From contig NZ_JBQJIN010000031.1 of NCBI RefSeq assembly GCF_052078695.1, forward strand, positions 1,494 to 65,493: a DNA stretch of 64,000 nucleotides, given 5' to 3'. The notes below the pieces were generated by a model. That model made no database searches and was not told the origin of the DNA. It saw nothing but the letters and a program-made list of their open reading frames with translations. Positions 56,201-64,000 of this stretch are shown one piece after another; within the stretch, counting starts at the first letter, position 1, and the number at the start of each line of letters is the position of its first letter. The stretch comes from Lysobacter sp. CA196. GTDB lineage: Bacteria > Pseudomonadota > Gammaproteobacteria > Xanthomonadales > Xanthomonadaceae. The translations under genes and the position numbers were made by a program.

Positions 56201-58621
56201 CCGGCCCAGCCCGTCGAGGATGCGGGTGGCCGCATCCATGACCGCCTGCGCCTTGCGCTGGCGATCGTCGAGCAGGGTCTGCTTGTGCGCCTCGAAGGTT
56301 TCGAGCAGTTCCTCGCGCTTGGACAGGATGTCCCCGAGGAAGGCCTCGTGCTCGCCGAACTGACTTTCCAGTTCTTCCAGCTGCACCATCAGCCGCGACA
56401 ACTGCTCGTCGGCACGCTCGGGGTCCTGGGCCAGCGACAGCGCGCTGGCGATGCTCTGCCCAAACAGGGTGAATTGGGCGCCGAACTGGGCCACCGACTC
56501 GCTCGAACCCAGGCCCTTGCGGCGCTGTTCGGCGCGCGCCTTGGCTTGGTTGAGCTTGGCGTAGATCTCCGAGATCGACTCGACGATGCGGGTGCGCTGG
56601 GTGGCGTCGTCGACTTTCAGCGTCGCCATCAGCGCCGAGAGCATGTCGAGGTCGCCCGACATCGCCTGCATCTGTCCGATCGGTTCGAGCAATTGCGCCA
56701 CGCTGACGGCCTGCTGGGCCTGCGCTTCCAGGGCGTGCAAACGCTCGGCCAACGGCGCCAGGGCCTTGTCGCCGGCGAGGAAGGCGCCGGTCGCCGCGGC
56801 GGTGCGCTCGTGCGCGGCGACCAGTTCCTGCTCCATCGCGTCGATGCCGGCGACGTCGATGTAGCGGTAATCGCGGATCGTCAGCAAATGCCCGCGCTGC
56901 GCGGTCAAACCGTTGAGGGCGTCGACGAACTCCTGCACCCGTTCCCAGTTCTCCGGCTGCAGGCCGTCGAGCAAGGCCTTCTGGCGCGTACGCGCCTCGG
57001 TCATCGCGCGCTCGGACTGGCTGCGGATGCCTTCGACTTTCTCGTACTCGTCGAGCACCGACTCGGCGGTTGCGGCGATCTCGCGCAGCAGCGGCGCGGT
57101 GCCGGCGCAGGCGGGGTCGGACAGCCAATGATGGGCGTCGAACAAACGGCGGGTGTTCTGCGCCAGCAGGCCGTAACGCTGCGCCGAAACCTCGGTGGCC
57201 TCGATCTCGCGCGACAGGCTCATCAGCTCCGACACGCCGCGAACCAGCTCGGCATTGCCGATCTTGCCCATGAAGCTGTTGCCGGCCGGCTGCCGTGCCG
57301 CGAACTCGTCGCTGTAGTACGGCGTCTGCCAGACCTGCATCGGATGGACGCGGGTCGGCTCGTCGCTTTCGGTGGCGAAGATCACCATGCGCCCGTCTTC
57401 CAGGCGCGCATAGCCGTGACCGAAGATCGGCGTCTGCAGGCGCCGCTCGATCATGTTGTAGGTGAACATGGCGGTGCGGCCCTGTTCGGGCTCGTAGAAC
57501 AGGTACAGCACGTCCTCGCCGTTGGGCGAGCGGATCGTGCGCTTGAAGCGCATGCCGTCCATCGACTGGTCGAAGCGCTTGTGCTCGCCGTTCTGCAGGT
57601 AATAGCCGCCCGGGAAGATGATGCCGTGGTCTTCGGGCAACTGGATGCAGGCCAGGCCGATCTCGTCCAGGCGCACGACCTTGCGGGTCAGGGTGTTGAA
57701 GACGAGGTAGCGCCACTGCTCTTCGCGATACGGCAGGATCTTCAGCAGGATCAGGCTGCCGACGCGGGCGTAGTCGACTTGGGCGTCGTCGAGCGACTGG
57801 GTCTTGTCGACGACGGGCTCGCGGTAGATGCCCTGCCCGTCCTCGGTGTTGTTCTCGATCTTGACCGTGAGGTCGCCGTTGACCGTCTCGACGAACACGC
57901 TGTCGAGAATGTTCAGATGCGGGTGGCGGCCGTTGACTACCCTCTCTCGGGTGGCGCGGGTCCATTCGAAATCGAACGGCGCCGGCAGGGCGATGTCGCG
58001 CTCGCCGCGGTTGTCGATGTAGGTCACTTCGCCGCCCGGCGCGATCGCCCAGCGGAACACGCGCAGGTCGGTGATGCGCTCGCCGATCTGGAACGCCGCG
58101 AGCAACTTGCCGTCGCGCACGATCAACTGGATCAGGCGGGTGTTCTTGTAATACGCGTACAGCTCGCGGAAATCCTGGGCGAAACTGTCGATGCCGAGGA
58201 AGCTGCCCTTGAGCTCGACCGGGGTGACGTCGTAGCCCTCCGGCCCCTGCACCAGCTTGTACAGCGCGAACACGTCCTCGACCCGGGTCTCCTTCTTGAG
58301 CCCGAGGAAGACGTTGTAGCCGAACACCAGGCAGTCGCCGACCTGGACGATGTCGCGGGCGACGCAGTTGTTCTCGGTGCGCAGGCGGAAGCGCCCGACC
58401 ACCTCCATCTGGCTGCTGCCGAATTCGTCGAGGCGCTGCTGGTTCAGACCCTGGGCGATGTCGCGCAGGCGCTGGCCCTGTTCGGCCAGACGCTTGCTCA
58501 ATACCTCATAAGCGCCGCCCTGGGCGACGGCCTGGTCGACGGCTTGATTCGCCGCAGCGCTGTTGGCGCCGCCGTCGTTCGCGTTCTCGCCCGTGGCCGT
58601 GCCCGGCTTGGTGTCCGCCAT
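53249..58621 (-). CDS. 1790-aa multidomain protein with beta-rich N-terminal domain, long helical/coiled-coil middle and C-terminal AAA+ (AAA_5/MoxR/McrB-like) P-loop ATPase module, function unknown
   Basis: Walker A ISPPGYGKTTL, Walker B VMLYVDDIQH, sensor-1-like FCVVMAGNPY and Arg-finger-like DMLANRADIY. AGGACGG RBS. The antisense long ORF is rejected as a shadow. Confidence 0.7.
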   Translation of the reverse strand: MADTKPGTATGENANDGGANSAAANQAVDQAVAQGGAYEVLSKRLAEQGQRLRDIAQGLNQQRLDEFGSSQMEVVGRFRLRTENNCVARDIVQVGDCLVFGYNVFLGLKKETRVEDVFALYKLVQGPEGYDVTPVELKGSFLGIDSFAQDFRELYAYYKNTRLIQLIVRDGKLLAAFQIGERITDLRVFRWAIAPGGEVTYIDNRGERDIALPAPFDFEWTRATRERVVNGRHPHLNILDSVFVETVNGDLTVKIENNTEDGQGIYREPVVDKTQSLDDAQVDYARVGSLILLKILPYREEQWRYLVFNTLTRKVVRLDEIGLACIQLPEDHGIIFPGGYYLQNGEHKRFDQSMDGMRFKRTIRSPNGEDVLYLFYEPEQGRTAMFTYNMIERRLQTPIFGHGYARLEDGRMVIFATESDEPTRVHPMQVWQTPYYSDEFAARQPAGNSFMGKIGNAELVRGVSELMSLSREIEATEVSAQRYGLLAQNTRRLFDAHHWLSDPACAGTAPLLREIAATAESVLDEYEKVEGIRSQSERAMTEARTRQKALLDGLQPENWERVQEFVDALNGLTAQRGHLLTIRDYRYIDVAGIDAMEQELVAAHERTAAATGAFLAGDKALAPLAERLHALEAQAQQAVSVAQLLEPIGQMQAMSGDLDMLSALMATLKVDDATQRTRIVESISEIYAKLNQAKARAEQRRKGLGSSESVAQFGAQFTLFGQSIASALSLAQDPERADEQLSRLMVQLEELESQFGEHEAFLGDILSKREELLETFEAHKQTLLDDRQRKAQAVMDAATRILDGLGRRTARFAGSDELNAFFASDPLILKLRELAERLRTLKDSVKADDIEARLKGARDQAVRALRDRSELFEDGGNVIKLGPRHRFSVNTQELDLTLLPRGDVLNLHLTGTDFFEPLRNPELDAARDYWGVSMDSESPQLYRGEYLAGLVIEAASANRDGLSLDLLRQQLAQPELLARSVRDFAAPRYREGYEKGIHDHDASLILQALLPLRDSAGSLGFEPAARAWAALFWSQVAEHADARQWPERARTARDIQQLFASAAGLESLRTEIAAAMTAFAQQHTLAIDPALTPRAAEYLVLELSAEHPQFVFSKYAQQLLQALREKLTAARMWDGFIQALDGLGDRVAARWALAMNWVEALTRSPELAPITAYAAEAATLLLLDERFPKKVTEVDLSAPVQGLLGEHPRLVEGRITLAIDDWSARLRHHRETFVPGFQRYQALRQEIVGRERHALRLDEFKPRPLTSFVRNKLINDVYLSVIGDNLAKQMGTVGESKRSDLMGLLMMISPPGYGKTTLMEYVAHRLGLIFMKINGPALGHEVRSLDPEQAPDATSRQELDKLNLALEMGNNVMLYVDDIQHTHPEFLQKFISLCDGTRRIEGVWKGRTRTYDMRGKKFCVVMAGNPYTESGEVFKIPDMLANRADIYNLGDVLGGMEASFVLSYIENSLTSNPVLAPLATREMADLYRFVDKAQGKAFSADELSHAYSGAEINEIVATLERLVKVRDVVYRVNQQYIASAAQAESYRTEPPFKLQGSYRNMNKLAEKISPVMNEAELQQLIGDHYLGEAQLLTSGAEENLLKLGEMRGTLDEAQTARWAQIKRDFQRNKAMGAGDADVGTRVVAQLNDLVESVRALDQSASQAAGRAEPAPSAPWQEILAALEKVAQAQPPATPTAPAPDLGKLLNGLGSSLHTSLVPSLQSAFDPLVNHLQDSSERQTRLNEALVEIFKRLGQRDVDDAPTRAEMTEQQRELQRALNEFADRLNGRIQR

Positions 58622-58742
58622 GTGTCCGTCCTAACGATCCTGCCGGCCGCGCGCTAAGCCGCGCCATCGGCGTGCTGCCATGCGCCGCCGATGGCGGCGG
58701 CGCGTTCCTTGGTCCGTGCTGCTGGGTTCCGGCCGCGAGCGG

Positions 58743-60806
58743 TCAGGAGTCCAGCACGGTCTCGCTGGAGGCCTTGCCTTCGCCCCTGCCGTCGGACTTG
58801 CCGTCCGACTTGGCCAGCAAACGCTGCAGCACGTCCTGCACGATCGGGCTCTTGCCGGCCACACCCTCGATCGCCTTGCCGACCGACAGCGCCTTGGCGA
58901 AGGAATTGAAGAACTCGCCTTCGCCGCCGACGATGTCGATGTTGGCCTTGCTGAGCGCCGCGGCCAGCACATCGGCCTGTTCCTTGGCGACTTCCTTGTT
59001 GGCCTCGATCGAAGCGATCGCCTGCTCGAAGTTCTTCTCCAGCTGCATGCGGAACTCCTCGTGCGAGCGGGCCTGGTCGCTGAGCGAATCCAGCGCTCCG
59101 AACTTCTGCGACAGACCTTCGGCCTCGGACTTGAACTTCTGCAGCAGCACTTCGGCTTCCGACAGGCCCAGGTCCCGGGTCGCCTTGGCCTTGGCCGCAC
59201 CCAGCTGCTCGTCGCCGCGCGCCTGCGCGAACAGGTTCTCTTCCAGCACCTTGGCGTCGGACAGGCCCTGCTTCTGCTTGGCGTCGGCCTGCGCTTCGAT
59301 CACGCGCGCCTGCGCCAGGCCCTTCTCCTGCTCGCCGCGGGCTTCCGCGGTCAGGGTCTCGGCGATCACGCGCGCCTTGGCCATGCCTTCCTTCTCGCTC
59401 GCCGCGGCGGTGACTTCGCGCACCCGCGCATCGGCCAGGCCGGGCGCGGCGCGCTCGGCCTCGATGCCTTCGGCCAGCTTCTTCTTGGCTTCGGACTGCT
59501 TGCCGGCCGCTTCCAGCTCGGCCTGCGCCAGCACCGTCATCTCGCCGGCGCGGTGCTTGGACGCGGTCTCGTTAGCCTCGGCCTGCTTGACCTGGCGCAC
59601 CAGCTCTTCCTCGGCCGCGGCCTGCGCGTTCAGCACAGTGACCTGCTTGGCGCGATCGGCCTCGGACACCGCGCGCACTTCCTTGATGCGCTCTTCTTCC
59701 TGGGCCACGGTCTTCTCGACCGCGATCCGCTCGCGGATGACGTTGGCGATTTCCTTGCGCTGTTCTTCCAGCGCCTTTTCCTTCTCGATCCGGTTCAGCT
59801 CGACCTCGCGTTCGCGCGAGACGATTTCCAGGTCCTTGGCGCGGGTCACCTTCTCGACTTCGATCACCACCGCGCGCTGGCGGTTCTGCTGGGCCACTTC
59901 GACTTCGCGCTGGCGGTTCTGCTCGCGGATGTCGAGCTGCTCCTGCACCGAAATGCGCGCCTGCTCGGACTTCAGCCGCTCTTCTTCCTGCACCTTGGCG
60001 GTCTCGGCCTGCTCGCGCGCCTGGATGGTCTGGATCTCGCGTTTCTGCCGCGCCTCGGCGTCGGCCTGCTGGCGTTCCAGCGCGAGCATGGCTTCGCGGG
60101 TCTCGACGTTCTTCTTGGTGATCGCCAGCTGCTCGTTCCGTTCGAGCTCGTTGGTGATCACATTTTGCGCCGCGGTCAGCTCGGTGATCTTGCGGATGCC
60201 CTCGGCGTCGAGGATGTTGGTCGGGTCGAGCGAGGACTTCGGGGTCTGTTCCAGATAGTCGATCGCGACGTCTTCGAGCACGTAGCCGTTGAGGTCGTTG
60301 CCGATCACCTCGACGATGCGGTCGCGGAACTCCTGGCGGTTCTCGAACAGCTTGACGAAGTCGATCTGCTTGCCGACCGTCTTCAGCGCTTCGGAGAACT
60401 TGGCGTTGAACAGCTCATTGACCGCGGTGCGGTCGGAGGCGCGGTCCACGCCGATCGACTTGGCGACCTTCAACACGTCCTGCTGGGTCTCGTTGACGCG
60501 CAGGTAGAACGCCACGGTGATGTCGGCGCGCATATTGTCTTTGCAGATCAGCCCGTCTTTCGCCCGGCGATCGACTTCCAGGGTGATCAGGGAGATCTTC
60601 ATGAACTCCTTCTTGTAGATCACCGGATACACCAGCGCGCCGGTGAAATGCACCTTGGGCATGGCCGACATGTCGTTGACGATCAGCGCCGTACCCTGCG
60701 GGACCTTGATGTAGAAGGCCTTGAACATCATCAGCAGGACGAACACGACCAGAATGCCCAGACCCACCAGGGTCAGGACCATGAAAATACCCGACGGAAA
60801 ATTCAT
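58743..60806 (-). CDS. flotillin-like SPFH/band-7 protein (YqiK-like) with long Ala/Glu/Gln coiled-coil
   Basis: N-terminal TM, an SPFH domain (VPQGTALIVND...) and ~400 aa of EA-rich coiled coil. GGGAGATG RBS. Confidence 0.8.
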   Translation of the reverse strand: MNFPSGIFMVLTLVGLGILVVFVLLMMFKAFYIKVPQGTALIVNDMSAMPKVHFTGALVYPVIYKKEFMKISLITLEVDRRAKDGLICKDNMRADITVAFYLRVNETQQDVLKVAKSIGVDRASDRTAVNELFNAKFSEALKTVGKQIDFVKLFENRQEFRDRIVEVIGNDLNGYVLEDVAIDYLEQTPKSSLDPTNILDAEGIRKITELTAAQNVITNELERNEQLAITKKNVETREAMLALERQQADAEARQKREIQTIQAREQAETAKVQEEERLKSEQARISVQEQLDIREQNRQREVEVAQQNRQRAVVIEVEKVTRAKDLEIVSREREVELNRIEKEKALEEQRKEIANVIRERIAVEKTVAQEEERIKEVRAVSEADRAKQVTVLNAQAAAEEELVRQVKQAEANETASKHRAGEMTVLAQAELEAAGKQSEAKKKLAEGIEAERAAPGLADARVREVTAAASEKEGMAKARVIAETLTAEARGEQEKGLAQARVIEAQADAKQKQGLSDAKVLEENLFAQARGDEQLGAAKAKATRDLGLSEAEVLLQKFKSEAEGLSQKFGALDSLSDQARSHEEFRMQLEKNFEQAIASIEANKEVAKEQADVLAAALSKANIDIVGGEGEFFNSFAKALSVGKAIEGVAGKSPIVQDVLQRLLAKSDGKSDGRGEGKASSETVLDS

Positions 60807-60860
60807 CTTTGCATCTCCCTATGACTCGACTTCGATACGGATGGCGGCGACCGACGAGGG

Positions 60861-61571
60861 TCAGGCGCCGCGGAATTCGTCTTCGCTGACCACGCGATAA
60901 GCGTTCTGGTCGGCGAGGTACTCGATCAACACCACGCGGTCCCCGCGTTTGAAACGTTCGCCGCCTTCGTCGCGGATCTGCAGGATCAGGCCGGCGCCGC
61001 CGTCCTCGATGGCCGCGGTGCCGGTGACCCGGGTCACGGCCGGACTGCGGATCACCGCGGTCTGGCCCAGCAACGGCCGCGGCGGCTCGGGTTGCATCTT
61101 GCGCAGCAGGCGCCGCACCGGGCGCAACGCGAACGCGGCGACCGGAATCGCCAGGACGAAGGCGACCACCAGCGCGACCAGGTCGGCGATGAAGCGCAGG
61201 CTGCCGCCCGGCAGCAGGCGCAGCAGATACAGATCGGCCAGATAAGTCAGCGCCCAAGCCGTGGCGACCAGCACGCTGAGCACGACCGTGACCGGTATGC
61301 CGCCCAGCCCCAGACGCATCAGCGGATCGAACACGCTTTGATGGTGGTGGGCGCCGTCGGCCAGCGATTGATCGCCGAGGGTATGGCCGTGCGCCGGGCC
61401 GTGGCCATGAGCGTCGCCGCCGAAGTGGCCGTGGCCGAACAGACCGTCGGCGACGTCCATGCCGACCAGGCCGAGCGCCGACAACAGCCAATAGCCGACC
61501 ACCACGCCCAACAGGACGGAGTAGAACGCCGTTGGAAACGAAAATACGATCTGCAAGAACTCGATCATCAC
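60861..61571 (-). CDS. YqiJ/NfeD-like OB-fold inner-membrane protein with His-rich loop
   Basis: Two TM blocks. C-terminal ...GERFKRGDRVVLIEYLADQNAYRVV OB-fold typical of the NfeD/YqiJ partners of flotillins. Confidence 0.7.
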   Translation of the reverse strand: MMIEFLQIVFSFPTAFYSVLLGVVVGYWLLSALGLVGMDVADGLFGHGHFGGDAHGHGPAHGHTLGDQSLADGAHHHQSVFDPLMRLGLGGIPVTVVLSVLVATAWALTYLADLYLLRLLPGGSLRFIADLVALVVAFVLAIPVAAFALRPVRRLLRKMQPEPPRPLLGQTAVIRSPAVTRVTGTAAIEDGGAGLILQIRDEGGERFKRGDRVVLIEYLADQNAYRVVSEDEFRGA

Positions 61572-61620
61572 CCCTCCCTTCCCGCGTGCCGCGTTCCCTG
61601 CGGCGCCTCCATGAAGCCGG

Positions 61621-62328
61621 TCAGCCCGGCAGTTTCTGTCGCAACCTCAGCAATACCGCTTCGGCGCCGGCGTCGTCGGCGATGATGCCGGCCTCGCGTA
61701 GCTTGCGTTCCAGCGCGTCGCCGCCGTCCTGGCGCGCCAATTCGGTCGCTGCCTCCATGCGCGCACCGCGCTCGGCCTGCTTCTGCTTGATCCGCGCCAA
61801 CGAGTCGACCGCCGTCTGCAAGCGGTTCTGCGGCCCGGCGTAGCGATGCGCGACCGCAGCCTGCGCGCGCTGCATGCTCTCGGTGGCCTTGACCGTGTCC
61901 AGTTGTTGCTTGAGCCGGCGGATGTTGCCTTCGGCCATGGCGATGGCCTTGCGCAGCTCGGTCGCGCTGAGCGCGAGCTGCTGCACGTGGCGCTCGTCGT
62001 CGCCGCGGCCGGATTCGAGCAGCACGATCTTGTCGGCGACTTCGCGCGCCAGCGACTCGTCGCCGGATTCCAGCGCCTTGATCGCATAGGTTTCGTATTC
62101 GGCGACCTTGTCGCTGGAATCGCTCAGGCGCCGCTGCGCCAGCGAATGGCGCGCGATCAATTCGGCCAGCGATTCGCGCGAACGACGCAGTTCCAGGTCG
62201 CAATCGCGGATTTCCTGGTCGAGGATGCGCAGCGCCTGACTGTCGACCCAGGCCTCGCCGAGCTCGCGCGCACCGCCGCGTATCGAGGTCAGCAGCTTGC
62301 TCCAGATGTTCGGGTCGGACATCGACAT
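61621..62328 (-). CDS. PspA/IM30 (Vipp1) family protein (YjfJ-like paralog)
   Basis: Start MSMSDPNIWSKLL with GGAGGTGG RBS. The ATG overlaps the upstream stop as ATGA. Coiled-coil PspA pattern. Confidence 0.8.
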   Translation of the reverse strand: MSMSDPNIWSKLLTSIRGGARELGEAWVDSQALRILDQEIRDCDLELRRSRESLAELIARHSLAQRRLSDSSDKVAEYETYAIKALESGDESLAREVADKIVLLESGRGDDERHVQQLALSATELRKAIAMAEGNIRRLKQQLDTVKATESMQRAQAAVAHRYAGPQNRLQTAVDSLARIKQKQAERGARMEAATELARQDGGDALERKLREAGIIADDAGAEAVLLRLRQKLPG

Positions 62329-62960
62329 CAGGCCACCTCCAGCAACTGCGTTTCGTAGGCCTCGGTCGCCTTGATCACGTTGTCGGCGAGGGTCTCGATC
62401 TCGTAGAGCACGTTCGACAGCGACGAAGCCGCGCTGAGCGCGCCGAACATCATGTACACCGCCTCGCCGTCGGCGAGGGTTTCGATACCGATCGTCGACA
62501 GCGGGAACACCTTGTGGGTGCGCAGCACTTCTTCGTTGAACGCCGAGGCGTCGCGCACGTGCGCGACCGGCCATAGCAGCGCTTCGACCACGATTTGCTC
62601 GCCGACCACGGCCACGAACAACGGCAGGTCGCCGTATTCGGCCATGACCAGATGCAGGCTGGGTTCGGCGCCGTCGATCAGCTCGATCTGCGAATCGCCG
62701 TAGATGAATTCCTCGTCCTGCGACAGCGCGTCGTACAAACCCGCGGCCGTCCAGACCTTGCCATCGCTCATCGCGCCCTCCGCGCGTCCTCGCCCCGACA
62801 CCGCACCGCGCGGCTGCCGCATCCGCCGTTCCACCGCCATGAGCTCTTCGGAAAATTCCGGCAGCACCCACAGCTCCTTCTTGACCAGCCCCTTCTCGCG
62901 TAACCGCTCGCGGTGTTTGCGCTGGTAATAGGCAGAGGATCGACGTTCCATGTCATTCAC
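62328..62960 (-). CDS. YjfI-like (DUF2170) protein with possible 63-aa basic N-terminal extension (alternative start 62771)
   Basis: The C-terminal 147 aa from MSDGKVWTAAGLYDAL... resemble the YjfI partner of PspA paralogs. The N-terminal MERRSSAYYQRKHRERLREKGLV... is in frame with no intervening stop. Confidence 0.5.
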   Translation of the reverse strand: MNDMERRSSAYYQRKHRERLREKGLVKKELWVLPEFSEELMAVERRMRQPRGAVSGRGRAEGAMSDGKVWTAAGLYDALSQDEEFIYGDSQIELIDGAEPSLHLVMAEYGDLPLFVAVVGEQIVVEALLWPVAHVRDASAFNEEVLRTHKVFPLSTIGIETLADGEAVYMMFGALSAASSLSNVLYEIETLADNVIKATEAYETQLLEVA

Positions 62961-62966
62961 GATAAG

Positions 62967-63002
62967 TCATCACATGTGACACTGACAAGCATGACATGTG
63001 AT
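62967..63002. promoter_or_regulatory. pair of CACATGTG palindromic operator-like sites upstream of the six-gene operon
   Basis: tcatCACATGTGAcac (perfect palindrome TCACATGTGA) and atgaCATGTGAtat, centres ~23 bp apart, in a locally AT-rich patch. Confidence 0.4.
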
Positions 63003-63157
63003 ATGCCGACGAACGGCGGGGAGGCGGCCAAGCAAGCGGTGCACACCTTTTATTTCAATAACTTATGCTGCGACCCGGGATGACGAACGCTCCGGCGAAG
63101 CCTGCCCCACGACCCTGATGACGGGGTACCGCTAGCGGCGTCGTAATCGGGCAATTC

Positions 63158-63228
63158 GCGGTCGCGGCTTGCGCCGCTCCTACCCTGGAGCCGCTCTAGG
63201 GGTAGGAGCGGCGCAAGCCGCGACCACG
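63158..63228. repeat. GTAG-type REP inverted pair (REP family 1)
   Basis: gcggtcgcggcttgcgccgctcctaccc ... gggtaggagcggcgcaagccgcgaccacg. Confidence 0.7.
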
Positions 63229-63392
63229 CCAAGCCGACTACGACGAAACCGAGGCCAGTCCCGCGGACGAACGACACCAACCGCGAGTCCCGAGTCCCGA
63301 GTCCCGAGCCCCCAATCAAAGGATGCCGACAGACACGATCGCCCCGCACGCACGACCCGGCCGTTGCCGACCGGATCGCGACGCGGACCGTC

Positions 63393-63638
63393 TCAGGCGG
63401 AAATACCGTGCTGCTTGCGCGCTTCGTCGATGCGGCGCTTCACCTCGGCATCGAGCGTGCCGAGTTCGGCCTGCTTGAAGATATTGTCGAGCACGCGCTT
63501 TTCATCGTCGTAGATGGCCTGATCGCGCAGCGCCAGATCGAGCAGCTTCTGCAGTTCGGCGACGTCGAGCGTGCCGTCGTTGGTGAATACCGGGATCGAC
63601 GCGAGGGCGATCTCGAGGTGGCTCTTGGGCTGGGCCAT
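63393..63638 (-). CDS. small hypothetical protein (81 aa)
   Basis: MAQPKSHLEIALASIPVFTNDGTLDVAELQKLLDLALRDQAIYDDEKRVLDNIFKQAELG... has coding-like composition, unlike neighbouring shadow ORFs. Confidence 0.5.
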   Translation of the reverse strand: MAQPKSHLEIALASIPVFTNDGTLDVAELQKLLDLALRDQAIYDDEKRVLDNIFKQAELGTLDAEVKRRIDEARKQHGISA

Positions 63639-63744
63639 GGCGGCAACTCCGTTGCGGTGGATGAAGTCCTGAACGCGACGCCGGTCCGGCGGGACGCGTG
63701 ATGGAGTCGACTATAGCAAGCCCGGGCTACGCGGTAGCGACCAT

Positions 63745-63836
<92 letters not shown>

Positions 63837-63864
63837 GATTTTGATCTGCCTTGCTGCTCTACCG

Positions 63865-64000
63865 GTCAACAGTAGACCCGGAGGGCGCCGCACAGGACGT
63901 GCGGCGTTTTCCGATAAGACAGGGACGTCTTATCGGAAAATCCCGGCGCGGGCATCGCACTCGTGGCCTGTGCCCTTGCAAGGAGAGCCCTTTTCTTTGG
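63865..64000. repeat. third copy (truncated by window edge) of the ~125-bp two-hairpin repeat element
   Basis: The reverse complement matches the 30537-30655 arm at ccaaagaaaagggctctccttgcaagggcaca.gcc.cgag.gcgatgcc. It has its own perfect hairpins ccgataagac/gtcttatcgg and cgccgcac/gtgcggcg. Confidence 0.7.

Noticed and set aside
52511-58657. 2048-aa plus-strand ORF antisense to the giant ATPase
   Set aside because: Monotonous Ala/Gly/Val/Arg/Gln/Leu composition with no motifs. The minus-strand frame has Walker motifs and an RBS.
62960-63400. Possible integrase/transposase next to the repeat cluster
   Set aside because: No ORF with a transposase or integrase signature. Only REP and hairpin repeats are present.

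Overview
High-GC (~68-70%) gammaproteobacterial chromosomal segment with Xanthomonadaceae/Lysobacter-like gene content and codon usage. I found no rRNA, tRNA, CRISPR array or transposase. About 43 protein-coding genes are supported.

Housekeeping genes:
- aceB-aceA glyoxylate shunt with a divergent LysR regulator
- ubiJ-ubiB
- arfB
- a pseudouridine synthase
- a 3'-truncated UvrA class-II paralog

Secreted enzymes:
- an M9 collagenase
- an M16 peptidase

Operons of note:
- a TonB-receptor-led glycan-utilisation operon: serine hydrolase, ribokinase, a glycosidase-like/FGE-domain fusion, GH127
- an oleBCD-like hydrocarbon locus with no oleA nearby

Two loci are the main candidates for poorly characterised systems.
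- Locus 8.6-14.2 kb: an NHLP-leader precursor peptide, a SagB-type dehydrogenase with no YcaO partner, a nucleotidyl-cyclase-homology/TPR membrane protein translationally coupled to a cNMP-binding GGDEF protein, and a nitronate monooxygenase.
- Locus 52.5-63.0 kb: a six-gene minus-strand operon of YjfI-like, PspA-like, YqiJ-like, flotillin, a 1790-aa protein with a C-terminal AAA+ P-loop module, and a single-HKD PLD nuclease 3 bp downstream. Palindromic operator-like sites lie upstream of this operon.

The intergenic DNA is unusually rich in repeats:
- GTAG-type REP elements
- a second REP-like family
- a ~125-bp two-hairpin element present three times, twice as an inverted MITE-like pair
- a (GCAGAAA)8 microsatellite
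- a (GTTGCC)~13 hexamer array

Two genes show probable frameshift or start-codon anomalies.
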